Below, piece after piece: positions 27,675 to 37,157 of a stretch of DNA of 64,000 nt (position 1 is the first letter of the stretch; every line of letters begins with the position of its first letter). The translations under genes were made by a program, and so were the position numbers. The notes under the pieces were generated by a model that was not told the DNA's origin, searched no databases, and worked only from the letters and a program-made list of their open reading frames with translations. The stretch comes from an uncultured Candidatus Saccharibacteria bacterium (GTDB taxonomy: Bacteria > Patescibacteriota > Saccharimonadia > Saccharimonadales > JACDBH01), in NCBI GenBank assembly GCA_964641015.1, contig CAZXJN010000004.1, forward strand, positions 2,659 to 66,658, written 5' to 3'.

Positions 27675-28760
27675 ATGGATGCAGCAAAGAAACAGGCAGG
27701 TGCTTATTACGAGCAGCTTGCTAAGCTGCAGCAAAAAGCCGGCATCAAAAAACTCCAAGAGCAAGAGGCGGCACTGGCTGAACAGATGCAGGCAGCTGAT
27801 TTTTGGTCTGATGCTGCCCGGGCTGCTGAGGTATCGAAAAAGCACGCTGCGCTTGTGTCCCGGCTTGAGCCGTGGATGAATTTGGCTCGTGAAATTTCGG
27901 ATATACAAGAGATTTTGGCACTAGATGACAATAGTATTTTGCCCGACGTCGAACAGCAGCTTGCATCAGTCGAACCAAAACTAGAGCAGCTGCGCATGAT
28001 TCTGCGTTTTGACGGCCCCTACGATTATCACGATGCAATTCTGAGTATTCATGCCGGAGCAGGGGGGACCGACGCGCAGGATTGGGCGGGTATGCTGATG
28101 CGGATGTATGTGCGCTGGTCAGAGTCGAGCAGACTCAAGGTTCGAGTGATTGACGAATCCCCGGGCGAAGAGGCAGGCATAAAATCCGTAACTATAGAAA
28201 TTTCCGGGAATATCGCATACGGCAAGCTCAAGAATGAGCATGGCGTGCACCGGCTGGTTCGCCTCAGCCCCTTCAATGCCGACAGCTTGCGTCAGACCAG
28301 TTTTGCAAAAGTTGAAGTGATGCCAAAAATCGATCAGCCTGACGATGCTGACATCGACGAAAAAGATCTAAAGATAGACGTGTATCGCAGCGGCGGCAAG
28401 GGCGGTCAAAGCGTCAATACTACTGATTCGGCTGTTCGAATTACCCACCTTCCGACTGGCATACACGTGGCAATCCAAAACGAACGATCACAGCTGCAGA
28501 ACAAAGAAACCGCGATGGTGATATTGCGCTCACGGCTGGTGCAGCTGCAGTTAGAGCAACACGCTGAAAAGCTGTCCGAACTCATAGGTCCGAACGAGCA
28601 GGCTGCCTGGGGAAATCAGATTCGTAACTATGTGCTGCATCCGTACAAGCTGGTAAAAGATTTGCGGACAGGTGTAGAGACGAGCGATGTAGAGGGGGTG
28701 CTCGATGGCGAAATAGAAGCATTTATTGCTGCGCCCATTACCTCCACTGCACAAGCATAA
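27675..28760 (+). CDS. prfB: Peptide chain release factor 2 (single uninterrupted frame)
   Basis: SPF tripeptide (RLSPFNADSLRQTSF) and GGQ ([23 protein letters not shown]). ATG 27675 lies 2 nt after the M16 stop, with AAGGGG upstream. Confidence 0.9.
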   Translation: MDAAKKQAGAYYEQLAKLQQKAGIKKLQEQEAALAEQMQAADFWSDAARAAEVSKKHAALVSRLEPWMNLAREISDIQEILALDDNSILPDVEQQLASVEPKLEQLRMILRFDGPYDYHDAILSIHAGAGGTDAQDWAGMLMRMYVRWSESSRLKVRVIDESPGEEAGIKSVTIEISGNIAYGKLKNEHGVHRLVRLSPFNADSLRQTSFAKVEVMPKIDQPDDADIDEKDLKIDVYRSGGKGGQSVNTTDSAVRITHLPTGIHVAIQNERSQLQNKETAMVILRSRLVQLQLEQHAEKLSELIGPNEQAAWGNQIRNYVLHPYKLVKDLRTGVETSDVEGVLDGEIEAFIAAPITSTAQA

Positions 28761-28774
28761 GTGTTATACTACGT

Positions 28775-29659
28775 ATGATGAAAAAACGTGGGATACTTTT
28801 AGCTGTTTCACTAAGCCTGTTTGTTGGCGGATTACCGTCGTCACCTACTGCCCGTGCGGCAGCCTGTGCCAATGTGTCGAGCTTTGGAGCAGTCACCCTG
28901 CAGATTCCAGAGCTTTCAGCTCATCAGGATCAACTGCTTTGGGTGCGCGTGCAAGGAGCATCAGGCGACCGGCTGCTTGTTGAGATAAACGGATCGGAAT
29001 GCCACGAGCTGACGCTGCAGGAGCATAGCCCCGATACCTGGTCGTGGCAGACGCTCCAGGCAGATGGCGGTGCGCGCTTGCTGACATTTCCAGCGGCAGA
29101 AAACAATTTCCTCAAGCTCATCGGACTAAGCAACGGCCTGAGGGTCGATAGAGTGCTTGTTACAAAGCCTGATTGCACACCAGAAGATTTTGGAAATAAC
29201 TGCCGCATGGGCAGTGTGGCGCTGACGTCTGGCGAGACTCCTGAGGTAACTGCTCTGCCTGCACCCAAGGAGCCCCTTAATGGCTTTGCCCACCTGAGTC
29301 CTACTGTTCAGAATGCAGGCGACGAGATCACGGCACTGACATATACCGTAGGCGGCCAGACGCTGCAGCGTGAAACCTCTTCTAAGCCGTTTGATACTAC
29401 GTTGCTTGAAAACGGACGCCATACCGTGCACATCACTACTACTTTGCGCGACGGCGAAGTGATACGCGAAATGGTAGCAGTCGATATAAAGAACCCGGAG
29501 AATCCGCTGTCACCAGTAGTACGCTGGCTCAAACATAATCGGGCTTCGATCAAGGCTATTGGCGTTTTGCTGCTGTTGATTGCGGTAAGCCTGGCGGTAG
29601 TGCGCATGCTGCATCATCGGAGACGTTCAAAGCGTGAGCGAACGTTTCGCGGCTTATAA
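28775..29659 (+). CDS. Secreted/surface protein with signal peptide and C-terminal TM anchor, function unknown
   Basis: N-terminal MMKKRGILLAVSLSLFVGGLPSSPTARA and C-terminal AIGVLLLLIAVSLAVVRMLHHRRRSKRER. No LPXTG motif. Confidence 0.55.
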   Translation: MMKKRGILLAVSLSLFVGGLPSSPTARAAACANVSSFGAVTLQIPELSAHQDQLLWVRVQGASGDRLLVEINGSECHELTLQEHSPDTWSWQTLQADGGARLLTFPAAENNFLKLIGLSNGLRVDRVLVTKPDCTPEDFGNNCRMGSVALTSGETPEVTALPAPKEPLNGFAHLSPTVQNAGDEITALTYTVGGQTLQRETSSKPFDTTLLENGRHTVHITTTLRDGEVIREMVAVDIKNPENPLSPVVRWLKHNRASIKAIGVLLLLIAVSLAVVRMLHHRRRSKRERTFRGL

Positions 29660-29707
29660 GTACAGGTTTAGGGGTGCAAGTCACAAGCGGTTTGCTATAA
29701 TAGACGG

Positions 29708-30391
29708 GTGATATTATTAGATCGGGTGAGCAAAACCTATGGCAAGCGTGGTACTGCTGTACTGGAACGTATTAGCCTGCACATCAAAGCCAAAGAATTC
29801 GTAATAATCGTTGGTCATTCTGGAGCAGGCAAGTCAACCTTGCTCAAGCTTCTCACGCGCGAAGAAAAGCATTCGGCGGGAAAAATTATTGTGGGCGGTA
29901 TTGATTACGAGGGGCTCAAAGACCGCGATGTCCCGAGGCTTCGACGCAAGATCGGCGTGGTGTTTCAAGATTTCAAGCTTTTGCCAAACAAGACAGTGTT
30001 CGAGAACGTTGCATTCGCGCTAGAGATTATCGGGGTTAGCTCCAAAGAGATTAATTCCACCGTACCGCGCGTGCTTGAGATTGTAGGGCTAAAGGGCAAG
30101 GAAAAAGCTATGCCGATGGAGCTATCTGGCGGCGAGCGCCAGCGTGTTGCTATTGCGCGGGCAATTGTACGACAGCCAAAGATTTTGATTGCTGACGAGC
30201 CGACAGGAAACCTTGATCCTAAGCATGCCTGGGATGTAATACGAGTGCTCGAAAAGATCAACAAGTATGGCACTACTGTAATCCTGACAACCCACAACCA
30301 AGAAATCGTCAACAAGCTCAAGCGCCGCGTAATTACTATTTCAGGCGGCAAAATTGCCTCCGATCAGTCAAATGGAGGGTACGAACTATGA
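29708..30391 (+). CDS. ftsE: Cell-division ABC ATPase FtsE
   Basis: Walker A GHSGAGKST, signature LSGGERQRVAIARA and Walker B ILIADEPTGNLD. Confidence 0.9.
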   Translation: MILLDRVSKTYGKRGTAVLERISLHIKAKEFVIIVGHSGAGKSTLLKLLTREEKHSAGKIIVGGIDYEGLKDRDVPRLRRKIGVVFQDFKLLPNKTVFENVAFALEIIGVSSKEINSTVPRVLEIVGLKGKEKAMPMELSGGERQRVAIARAIVRQPKILIADEPTGNLDPKHAWDVIRVLEKINKYGTTVILTTHNQEIVNKLKRRVITISGGKIASDQSNGGYEL

Positions 30392-31332
30392 TAAAGAGCC
30401 GGCGTACCATTACCCTCTGGAGAATCATCAAGGGCGGCTTTTCTAATTTTTTCCGAAACGCCTGGCTGAGCATTGCTGCGATGGCGGTGATGGTAGTGAC
30501 GCTCAGCATCGTGCTGTTTTCTTACATCTCCAATGCGACGTTTTCGCACACCATCGAAGATATCAGGAGCAGGATTGATGTATCAGTGTACCTGAAGGAC
30601 GATATTACGAGCGAGCAGCGGTTTAGCTTGTCGAGCCAGCTCGAAGGCCTCGAAAATGTCCGCAGCGTTGAATATATTTCAAAAGAAGACGCGCTCCAGA
30701 GCTTTATTGATGCAAACAGCGAGAATGTCGAGCTTCAGCTTGCGATTATGCAGGCGGATAATAAGATTCCTGCAAGCCTGCGCATCAAGCTGTACAATCC
30801 TGACATCATTGAGGATTTGCGCTCGTTCCTGGAGCAGCCGGAGATCAAAGAGCTTCAGTCGGATGAGACATCATATTCAGGCGACCGCAAGGAAGCTATC
30901 GATAAAATCTCCAGGGCGACAACCTTTATACAGCAGGCGGGAATCATCGGGGTGCTGATCTTTGCGGCAATTTCTATGCTTATTATTTTCAACACCATTC
31001 AAATGGCAATTTTCAACCGCAAGGACGAGCTGGGGATTATGAAGCTGCTTGGTGCAAGCAAGGGCTATATTCGCGGCCCATTCCTGGTAGAAAGCATGAT
31101 AATTGGTGTCTTGGCTGCTTTGATTTCGGTCGCGCTTTGCAAGGGAGTGTTTTCTATCGCTTCGGGCACGCTTGATGCCAGTACGTTCGGGCTGCTTGAT
31201 ATCGCCTATTCGGGCCAGTACTTTAGAGATTATTTCTGGCAAATCCTTGGCGCGCAGCTGGCGCTCGGTATTTTGATTGGATTAAGCTCTTCATTTGTCG
31301 CCACTCAGCGCTATCTGCGCCTCAATCGTTGA
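30388..31332 (+). CDS. ftsX: Cell-division permease-like protein FtsX
   Basis: 4-nt overlap with ftsE. TM1, a large extracytoplasmic loop, then three C-terminal TM helices. Confidence 0.85.
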   Translation: MIKSRRTITLWRIIKGGFSNFFRNAWLSIAAMAVMVVTLSIVLFSYISNATFSHTIEDIRSRIDVSVYLKDDITSEQRFSLSSQLEGLENVRSVEYISKEDALQSFIDANSENVELQLAIMQADNKIPASLRIKLYNPDIIEDLRSFLEQPEIKELQSDETSYSGDRKEAIDKISRATTFIQQAGIIGVLIFAAISMLIIFNTIQMAIFNRKDELGIMKLLGASKGYIRGPFLVESMIIGVLAALISVALCKGVFSIASGTLDASTFGLLDIAYSGQYFRDYFWQILGAQLALGILIGLSSSFVATQRYLRLNR

Positions 31333-31381
31333 TTTGTAATATACACAACACGCTGACCCTTGTTACTGTCTAAGCATAACC

Positions 31382-31410
31382 TTGATACTACACCTAATTT
31401 CTGCTATATT
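31382..31410 (+). promoter_or_regulatory. Sigma70-type promoter with extended -10
   Basis: TTGATA (31382-31387), 17-nt spacer, TGcTATATT (-10 at 31405-31410). It sits upstream of the CHAP hydrolase gene. Confidence 0.5.
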
Positions 31411-31471
31411 CATATGGCAATCTAACAAAAATAAAAACATCCAAAACATATAGACTAAGGCCAAAGGGGAC

Positions 31472-32644
31472 ATGACAAAACACCTTACGCGAATCAAACG
31501 ACTATCTTTCCGCGCAGTACTTGTATCAGCAGCCATCGTGATGGTGGCTACGTCGCTTGGCTACAGTCGTTTTATTGGCGCGCAGAGTTTGCAGGATCAG
31601 ATTAATCAGCTGAGCGCTGAAAACAATCAGAGCAAAGCTCAGCTCGATGCGCTCAAGATAGAGGCCTCAAGTTACCAAGAGACTATTAATGCGCTTGCCG
31701 CCCAAATTAACGCGTACCAGCGTGAAATCAACGCGCGTCAGGCCGAGAGCGAGCAGATTCAGCGTGAAATCGTCGAGAAAGAAGCCGAGCTTGCCAAGCA
31801 GCGGAGCGTGCTGGGCGACAATATCAAAGCAATGTATCTAGAAGGTAGTATTTCTACCATAGAAATGCTGGCTACCAGCAAAAACCTTAGCGATTATTTC
31901 GACAAGCAGCAGTACCGCGAAATGACGAGCAATAATATGAAAGCAACGCTCGATAGGATCACTGCGCTCAAGGCCGAGCTTCAAACTAAGAAAGAAGAAG
32001 TTGAGAAGATAATAAAACAACAGGAGCAGCTGCGTGCGGCGACAGCCGTACAGAAGGCTGAGCAGGACAGGCTGCTTGGTTTTAATAAATCTCAGCAGGC
32101 GGAATTCAACAGCCAAATCAAGGATCGCCAAGACAGAATTAATGAACTCAAGCGCCAGCAAGCAATAGAAAACGCCAAGCTGTTTGGCGGCAACGGCGGT
32201 ATGCTGGGCGGCGGCGGATATCCATGGGGTCTTGCTCCTTGTATTCATACCGGTCAAGTAGAAGGCTGGTGCTACAACTACGACTGGGGTGTAAATGGCA
32301 GTCCATGGAACTGGAATCTCGGCGGGTATGGCTATCGCAACTGTACCGACTGGGTAGCCTATCGGGTGCGTATAGCGGGCGGTCATGTTCCGTCAGGGCT
32401 TGGCAATGCAAAAACCTGGGATGATCGTGCTCCAAGCTATGGCTTGACAGTAAGCTCAACCCCGCGTGAAGGCGCTGCCGCAGTCAGCAACAGCGGTTAC
32501 TATGGGCACGTGATGTATGTCGAGGCGGTCAATTCAGACGGTTCAATTGTGGTAAGCGATTACAACCGTGCAGGTACGGGCAAGTACGATATGAACCAGC
32601 TCTCGGCAGCAACTGCCGCAGGCCTGCGATACGTCTATTTCTAA
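31472..32644 (+). CDS. PcsB-like peptidoglycan hydrolase: coiled-coil N-terminal region plus C-terminal CHAP domain
   Basis: Signal/TM segment, about 200 aa of Q/E/K-rich heptad-like sequence and a Gly-rich linker. CHAP Cys context YRNCTDWVAYRV and His context GHVMYVEAV. Confidence 0.8.
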   Translation: MTKHLTRIKRLSFRAVLVSAAIVMVATSLGYSRFIGAQSLQDQINQLSAENNQSKAQLDALKIEASSYQETINALAAQINAYQREINARQAESEQIQREIVEKEAELAKQRSVLGDNIKAMYLEGSISTIEMLATSKNLSDYFDKQQYREMTSNNMKATLDRITALKAELQTKKEEVEKIIKQQEQLRAATAVQKAEQDRLLGFNKSQQAEFNSQIKDRQDRINELKRQQAIENAKLFGGNGGMLGGGGYPWGLAPCIHTGQVEGWCYNYDWGVNGSPWNWNLGGYGYRNCTDWVAYRVRIAGGHVPSGLGNAKTWDDRAPSYGLTVSSTPREGAAAVSNSGYYGHVMYVEAVNSDGSIVVSDYNRAGTGKYDMNQLSAATAAGLRYVYF

Positions 32645-32670
32645 GTGAACTCTCAGTACAGGTTATGCTA

Positions 32671-32701
32671 AAATACCCCTAAGAATAAAAGGGGTATTTT
32701 T
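32671..32701 (+). terminator. Rho-independent terminator after the CHAP gene
   Basis: AAATACCCCT (32671-32680) pairs with AGGGGTATTT (32690-32699) around a 9-nt loop, and the stem runs into a T-tract. Confidence 0.65.
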
Positions 32702-33922
32702 GTGCATAAAGACAATTCACGGGCTATGGCTGCAAAGTCTAAAAAGCGCGGCTTTCAGAAAAGCGTCAAAACGATTATTATCGGAGTGGCGCTGTTCGGA
32801 GCTGGCTGGCTGGTAGGCAGTGGATCGATTACATTCAGGCAGTTTAATTACGCCAGTCAAAACAACCATCTGCCAGAAAAGCTCGACTACTCAAGCATAG
32901 ACACTATCTATCAGTCGCTCAAAAATAACTTTGATGGCGAACTGAATGAAACAAAATTAATCGAGGGCCTCAAGGCTGGTCTTGCTCGAGCCACGGGCGA
33001 TCCCTATACCGAATACCTCAACCCAAAGGCTGCGGGCGAGTTTCGGAGTGATTTAGACGGCACGTTCGAAGGCATTGGCGCGCAGCTGGGCAAAGACGCT
33101 GACAATAATATTATTATCATATCGCCCATTTCGGGCTATCCTGCAGAAAGAGCAGGGCTGCGGCCCAAGGACGTGATTGCCGAGATCAACGGTGAGTCAG
33201 CCTATGAGCTGACAATTTCTGAGGCCGTTGATCGAATTAGGGGCGAAAAGGGCACAGAAGTAGTGCTTGGTATTGTGAGTGGCGGGTCATTCAAAGAAGT
33301 AGCAATCGTTCGTGAGCAAATCGACATCCCGAGCGTTGAATACGAAATCCAAGATGGTATTGGAATACTGACGATCTCGAGATTTGGCGACGATACGGTT
33401 CGCTTGGCGCGTGAGGCTGCTCGTGAGTTTAGAGCCGGTGGCATACAGAGTATCATTCTCGACATGCGCGGCAATCCAGGGGGCTATTTAGAGGGTGCAG
33501 TTGATGTAGCTAGCCTGTGGCTTGATCCTGGCACTACCATACTCACCGAACGGCGTGACAATGTTATAACAAAGACCTACAAGTCTACTGGCGAAACTCC
33601 ATTGAAGGGCGTACAAACAGTAGTCCTGATTAATGAAGGCAGTGCCAGCGCCTCAGAAATTGTTGCTGGAGCGCTGCGGGACAACAATGCTGCCACGCTC
33701 GTAGGTCAGACAAGTTTTGGCAAAGGTTCAGTACAGCAGCCGGTGAGTTTGCGTGATGGCGGACTGCTCAAGATTACCATTGCACGCTGGTTTACACCGG
33801 CGGGCAGCAATATTGACAAAGAAGGCATCGAGCCCGATCAGCACGTTGAAATCACCGCTGACGACCTCGCCGCCGACCGTGATCCGCAGTTTGATGCAGC
33901 TCGCAGAGAGCTAAACCGCTAG
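32702..33922 (+). CDS. ctpA: Carboxy-terminal processing protease (S41) with PDZ domain
   Basis: PDZ-like GYPAERAGLRPKDVIAEINGE, Ser context NEGSASASEIVAGAL and Lys context TSFGKGSVQ. The track start is a GTG abutting the terminator, so ATG 32726 is an alternative. Confidence 0.85.
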   Translation: MHKDNSRAMAAKSKKRGFQKSVKTIIIGVALFGAGWLVGSGSITFRQFNYASQNNHLPEKLDYSSIDTIYQSLKNNFDGELNETKLIEGLKAGLARATGDPYTEYLNPKAAGEFRSDLDGTFEGIGAQLGKDADNNIIIISPISGYPAERAGLRPKDVIAEINGESAYELTISEAVDRIRGEKGTEVVLGIVSGGSFKEVAIVREQIDIPSVEYEIQDGIGILTISRFGDDTVRLAREAAREFRAGGIQSIILDMRGNPGGYLEGAVDVASLWLDPGTTILTERRDNVITKTYKSTGETPLKGVQTVVLINEGSASASEIVAGALRDNNAATLVGQTSFGKGSVQQPVSLRDGGLLKITIARWFTPAGSNIDKEGIEPDQHVEITADDLAADRDPQFDAARRELNR

Positions 33923-33950
33923 AGAGTAGTAGTTTTTGGTATTTTCAGCT

Positions 33951-33979
33951 TTAACAACGTTCTGCTGATATGCTAAGAT
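33951..33979 (+). promoter_or_regulatory. Candidate promoter for pyrG
   Basis: TTAACA (33951-33956), 17-nt spacer, TGcTAAGAT (-10 at 33974-33979). Confidence 0.4.
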
Positions 33980-34014
33980 ACTCCCATATAAAAGGGTAAG
34001 AGGTGTAGAGAGAC

Positions 34015-35610
34015 GTGTCAAAACGGCCGGTGAAGTATGTGTTTGTGACGGGCGGAGTCCTCTCGGGGCTCGGCAAAGGCATCACCGCTGCATCCATAGG
34101 CAATCTCCTCAAGGCAAGAGGGCTTCGTGTCAATCTGCAAAAGTGCGACCCTTATCTCAATGTTGATGCCGGCACGCTCAACCCAGCCGAGCATGGCGAG
34201 TGTTTTGTAACTCGTGATGGCTCAGAGACAGACCTGGACCTTGGTCACTATGAGCGGTTTATCGACGAGGAGCTTACACAGACAAGCTCGCTGATGGCTG
34301 GCCGGGTTATACACAAGGTTATAGAAGACGAACGGTCGGGCAAATACCTAGGAAAGACTATTCAATATATTCCGCACGTGGCAAAAGCCTTTCAGGATGA
34401 AATCGAAAAAGCAGCAGACGGCTTTGATGTGCATATCGCCGAGGTTGGCGGTACAGTCGGTGACTATGAGTCGCTCAGTATCATAGAGGCTATCAGGGAA
34501 TTTGCGCTGCGTGTCGGCAAGGAAAACGCACTGTTTGTGCACGTAGTGTACATGCCGTATCTTGGCGCGAGCAAAGAGTTCAAGACTAAGCCTGCGCAAA
34601 ATGCAGTCCGGGATCTTCGCGGATTCGGTATCAGCCCAGATGTCCTCGTAGTTCGTAGCGAAGCACCTGCGCCAGACACCGTAAAAGACAAGCTGAGTCT
34701 TTATTCGGGTGTGCCGCGTGAGGCCATTGCACTGCTGCCGAATGCGCCAAGCATTTATGAGGTACCGCTTACGTTGGAGGATTCTGACATTGCCGGCGTG
34801 ATTGCCGACAGGCTCGATCTCAAGGTAAAGAAGCCGCAACTCAAGCAGTGGCGTGATATGGTGAATCGTGCCAAGAAGCAGTATAGCCGCACGGTGCGCG
34901 TTGGTATTGTTGCAAAATATATGGACAACCAAGACACCTATATGTCGGTGTTTGAGGCGCTCAAGAGCGCCGCGTGGTGGAATGATGTCAATCTGGAGCT
35001 GCACTGGATTAACGCCGAGCAGCTCGAAGGCGGAGCGGATCTAGCGCCTGTATTTAGGGATATTGACGGGATTGTCGTGCCGGGCGGATTTGGTACGCGC
35101 GCACTGGAAGGAAAGATTGCAGCCGCTCAATATGCTTTAACGCAAAAACTGCCGTATTTGGGACTTTGCCTCGGGATGCAGATGGCGGTTGTTGCCGCTG
35201 CGCGCACTGCAGGCCTAGCCGAGGCTTCATCCGAAGAGTTGCAACCAGACAGCTCCCATCTAGTAATTCATACGATGTCCCATCAAAAGGGCAAAGAAAA
35301 CACGGGCGGCACTATGCGGCTGGGCGACTACCCGTGTGCGATCAAAAAGGGCAGCCTTGCTGAAAAAGTCTACCATTCAAAAACTGTCACCGAACGGCAC
35401 CGTCATCGCTATGAGTGCAACAATGACTACCGAGGCGATTATCTGTCCTGGGGTATTGTTGCGAGCGGTACCTCGCCGGATGGCCGGTTGGTAGAGATGA
35501 TTGAAGCGATAGACCATCCATTTTTTCTCGCCAGTCAGTTTCATCCCGAATTTAGGTCACGGCCCAATCGTCCACACCCGATGTTCCAGGGTTTTATAAA
35601 GGCGCTCTAA
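34015..35610 (+). CDS. pyrG: CTP synthase
   Basis: KYVFVTGGVLSGLGKGI, glutaminase GLCLGMQ and HRHRYE. GTG start. Confidence 0.95.
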   Translation: MSKRPVKYVFVTGGVLSGLGKGITAASIGNLLKARGLRVNLQKCDPYLNVDAGTLNPAEHGECFVTRDGSETDLDLGHYERFIDEELTQTSSLMAGRVIHKVIEDERSGKYLGKTIQYIPHVAKAFQDEIEKAADGFDVHIAEVGGTVGDYESLSIIEAIREFALRVGKENALFVHVVYMPYLGASKEFKTKPAQNAVRDLRGFGISPDVLVVRSEAPAPDTVKDKLSLYSGVPREAIALLPNAPSIYEVPLTLEDSDIAGVIADRLDLKVKKPQLKQWRDMVNRAKKQYSRTVRVGIVAKYMDNQDTYMSVFEALKSAAWWNDVNLELHWINAEQLEGGADLAPVFRDIDGIVVPGGFGTRALEGKIAAAQYALTQKLPYLGLCLGMQMAVVAAARTAGLAEASSEELQPDSSHLVIHTMSHQKGKENTGGTMRLGDYPCAIKKGSLAEKVYHSKTVTERHRHRYECNNDYRGDYLSWGIVASGTSPDGRLVEMIEAIDHPFFLASQFHPEFRSRPNRPHPMFQGFIKAL

Positions 35611-35656
35611 GTTAAGCCAATTGAAAATATACCCTGTATGAGGTAGCATAAGGAGT

Positions 35657-36049
35657 ATGGAAAATGATACTCAGGCTCGCCGCCGCAAAGTTTTGTTAGT
35701 AGAAGATGATGAAGGGTTGGCGCAAGTCTATATTGCCCGGCTCGAGGTCGAAAATTTCGACGTAAAGCGAGTACCGAACGGCGAAGATGCCCTCGCCACC
35801 GCGATAGAGTATAAGCCTGACCTGATTTTGCTTGATGTAATGATGCCGAAGGTAAACGGCTTTGATGTGCTGGATATTTTGCGCAACACACCCGAAACAA
35901 CCAATGTAAAAATTGTGATGCTGACAGCACTCAGTCAGGAGTCAGACCGCAAAAAAGCCGAAGAAATGGGTGTGGATGACTATCTAGTGAAGTCACAGGT
36001 AGTAATCTCTGACGTAGTAGACCGTATCAAGCAGCACCTCAACTCATAA
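35657..36049 (+). CDS. Stand-alone response-regulator receiver (CheY-like), canonical residues
   Basis: VLLVEDDEG, phospho-acceptor context DLILLDVMMP, MLTALS and DDYLVKS. No output domain. Confidence 0.85.
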   Translation: MENDTQARRRKVLLVEDDEGLAQVYIARLEVENFDVKRVPNGEDALATAIEYKPDLILLDVMMPKVNGFDVLDILRNTPETTNVKIVMLTALSQESDRKKAEEMGVDDYLVKSQVVISDVVDRIKQHLNS

Positions 36050-36107
36050 ATCTTCAACAGAAGTGCCGAATAATTCTATAGAGCCAGCATAGGTGATGCG
36101 GGCAGTA

Positions 36108-36136
36108 TTGACATTTCATCATGATTATGCTAAAAT
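36108..36136 (+). promoter_or_regulatory. Sigma70-type promoter with extended -10
   Basis: TTGACA (36108-36113), 17-nt spacer, TGcTAAAAT (-10 at 36131-36136). Confidence 0.55.
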
Positions 36137-36160
36137 GCATACGGTTAATACAAAACAAAT

Positions 36161-37099
36161 ATGTCAGAACAGGCACCATTTTCTAAAGTAGAATCAGGCG
36201 AATCTGTAGCAGATTCGTACCTTCGTATTCAGATGCTCACAAGTGATGTGGTTTTCGACCAGGCAAGGCAGCAGCTCGGATTAGAGCTTGCTTCAGATGA
36301 AAACTTACTAAAATATGATCAGCTCACAGAGGCCGAAAATACACTAGGGGCAAAAGTGCGTGCCTCTTCAGACGTTACTGAGCAACAGGGGTATTATTCC
36401 GAAATGGATGAAATTAGGCGCCAAAAAGAACATCTGCCAGAGGGAATAGCCGCTAAGTACAATCAACTACGCCACAGGCACACTATGCTTGAGAGGTATA
36501 ACACTAGAGTAGTGTCAGCTGATAGCCTAGAGGCTCAGTCGCTAAGGGATATTATCGCAGGCGCACCGCCCGTTCAGCCCGAGTCAGCCAAGCCAGCTCC
36601 CTTTAGTAACTTCAAAGAAAACAGCGAAGAGGCCTGGCAGCTTGTGCCGGATGAGGCAATAAATGATTACCTGGACGAGAAAATATTCCGGGATCCAGTT
36701 CGCAACAGGCTACCAGCTGCTGATGCAGCGAGAATAAAGGTAGAGGGCAGCGTTCAGCAGCCCTTTGAGGTGCCTACGCATCTGCTAGTGGGTGTGCAGA
36801 GCTTTGCCTCCTGGAAAGGCTACGACGGAGGCAGTGGCGGTAAGCGGGTCAGTGGTGAATATGCTGATCACTACGACAGGCAGAGTAAAAGCTATGACGT
36901 TATAAAACACTATGCGGCATTGCCTACTGAGCTGCCTCCTGTCGACACCATAGAGCTGTTTATTCAACCGAACGGCATGATATTTGGAGACAATGGATCA
37001 GGGGATTCGCACCGGCTCGCTGCAGCTATGCTGCGGGGCCAGGCAACGATTCGGGCTCACAACATCACCATAACTCCAATTGAAAAGAATATATTCTGA
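36161..37099 (+). CDS. Hypothetical protein with C-terminal ParB/Srx-like segment
   Basis: 312 aa. The C-terminal PPVDTIELFIQPNGMIFGDNGSGDSHRLAAAMLRGQATIRA resembles the ParB-like nuclease motif (..dGhHRlaAa..lG). Confidence 0.5.
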   Translation: MSEQAPFSKVESGESVADSYLRIQMLTSDVVFDQARQQLGLELASDENLLKYDQLTEAENTLGAKVRASSDVTEQQGYYSEMDEIRRQKEHLPEGIAAKYNQLRHRHTMLERYNTRVVSADSLEAQSLRDIIAGAPPVQPESAKPAPFSNFKENSEEAWQLVPDEAINDYLDEKIFRDPVRNRLPAADAARIKVEGSVQQPFEVPTHLLVGVQSFASWKGYDGGSGGKRVSGEYADHYDRQSKSYDVIKHYAALPTELPPVDTIELFIQPNGMIFGDNGSGDSHRLAAAMLRGQATIRAHNITITPIEKNIF

Positions 37100-37100
37100 T

Positions 37101-37140
37101 AATAAAAACACCCCTTTTCACTGCAGGGGTGTTTAGTTTT
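37101..37140. terminator. Bidirectional rho-independent terminator between convergent genes
   Basis: AAACACCCCT (37106-37115) pairs with AGGGGTGTTT (37125-37134). An A-run lies upstream and a T-rich run downstream. Confidence 0.7.
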
Positions 37141-37157
37141 CTGTAGTAAGCGGAGGG

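Noticed and set aside
27654-28760. Programmed +1 frameshift in prfB
   Set aside because: RF2 is encoded in one uninterrupted frame from ATG 27675 through the SPF and GGQ motifs. There is no early in-frame TGA and no CTT TGA shift site.
32662-32674. TGcTAAAAT extended -10-like element as a ctpA promoter
   Set aside because: It overlaps the 5' arm of the strong terminator hairpin (32671-32701). A transcript started here would immediately form the terminator, so this is probably a chance match in A/T-rich terminator flanks.
34348-35004. 218-aa minus-strand ORF
   Set aside because: It is antisense to pyrG, whose frame carries the conserved CTP synthase motifs. This is a shadow ORF.
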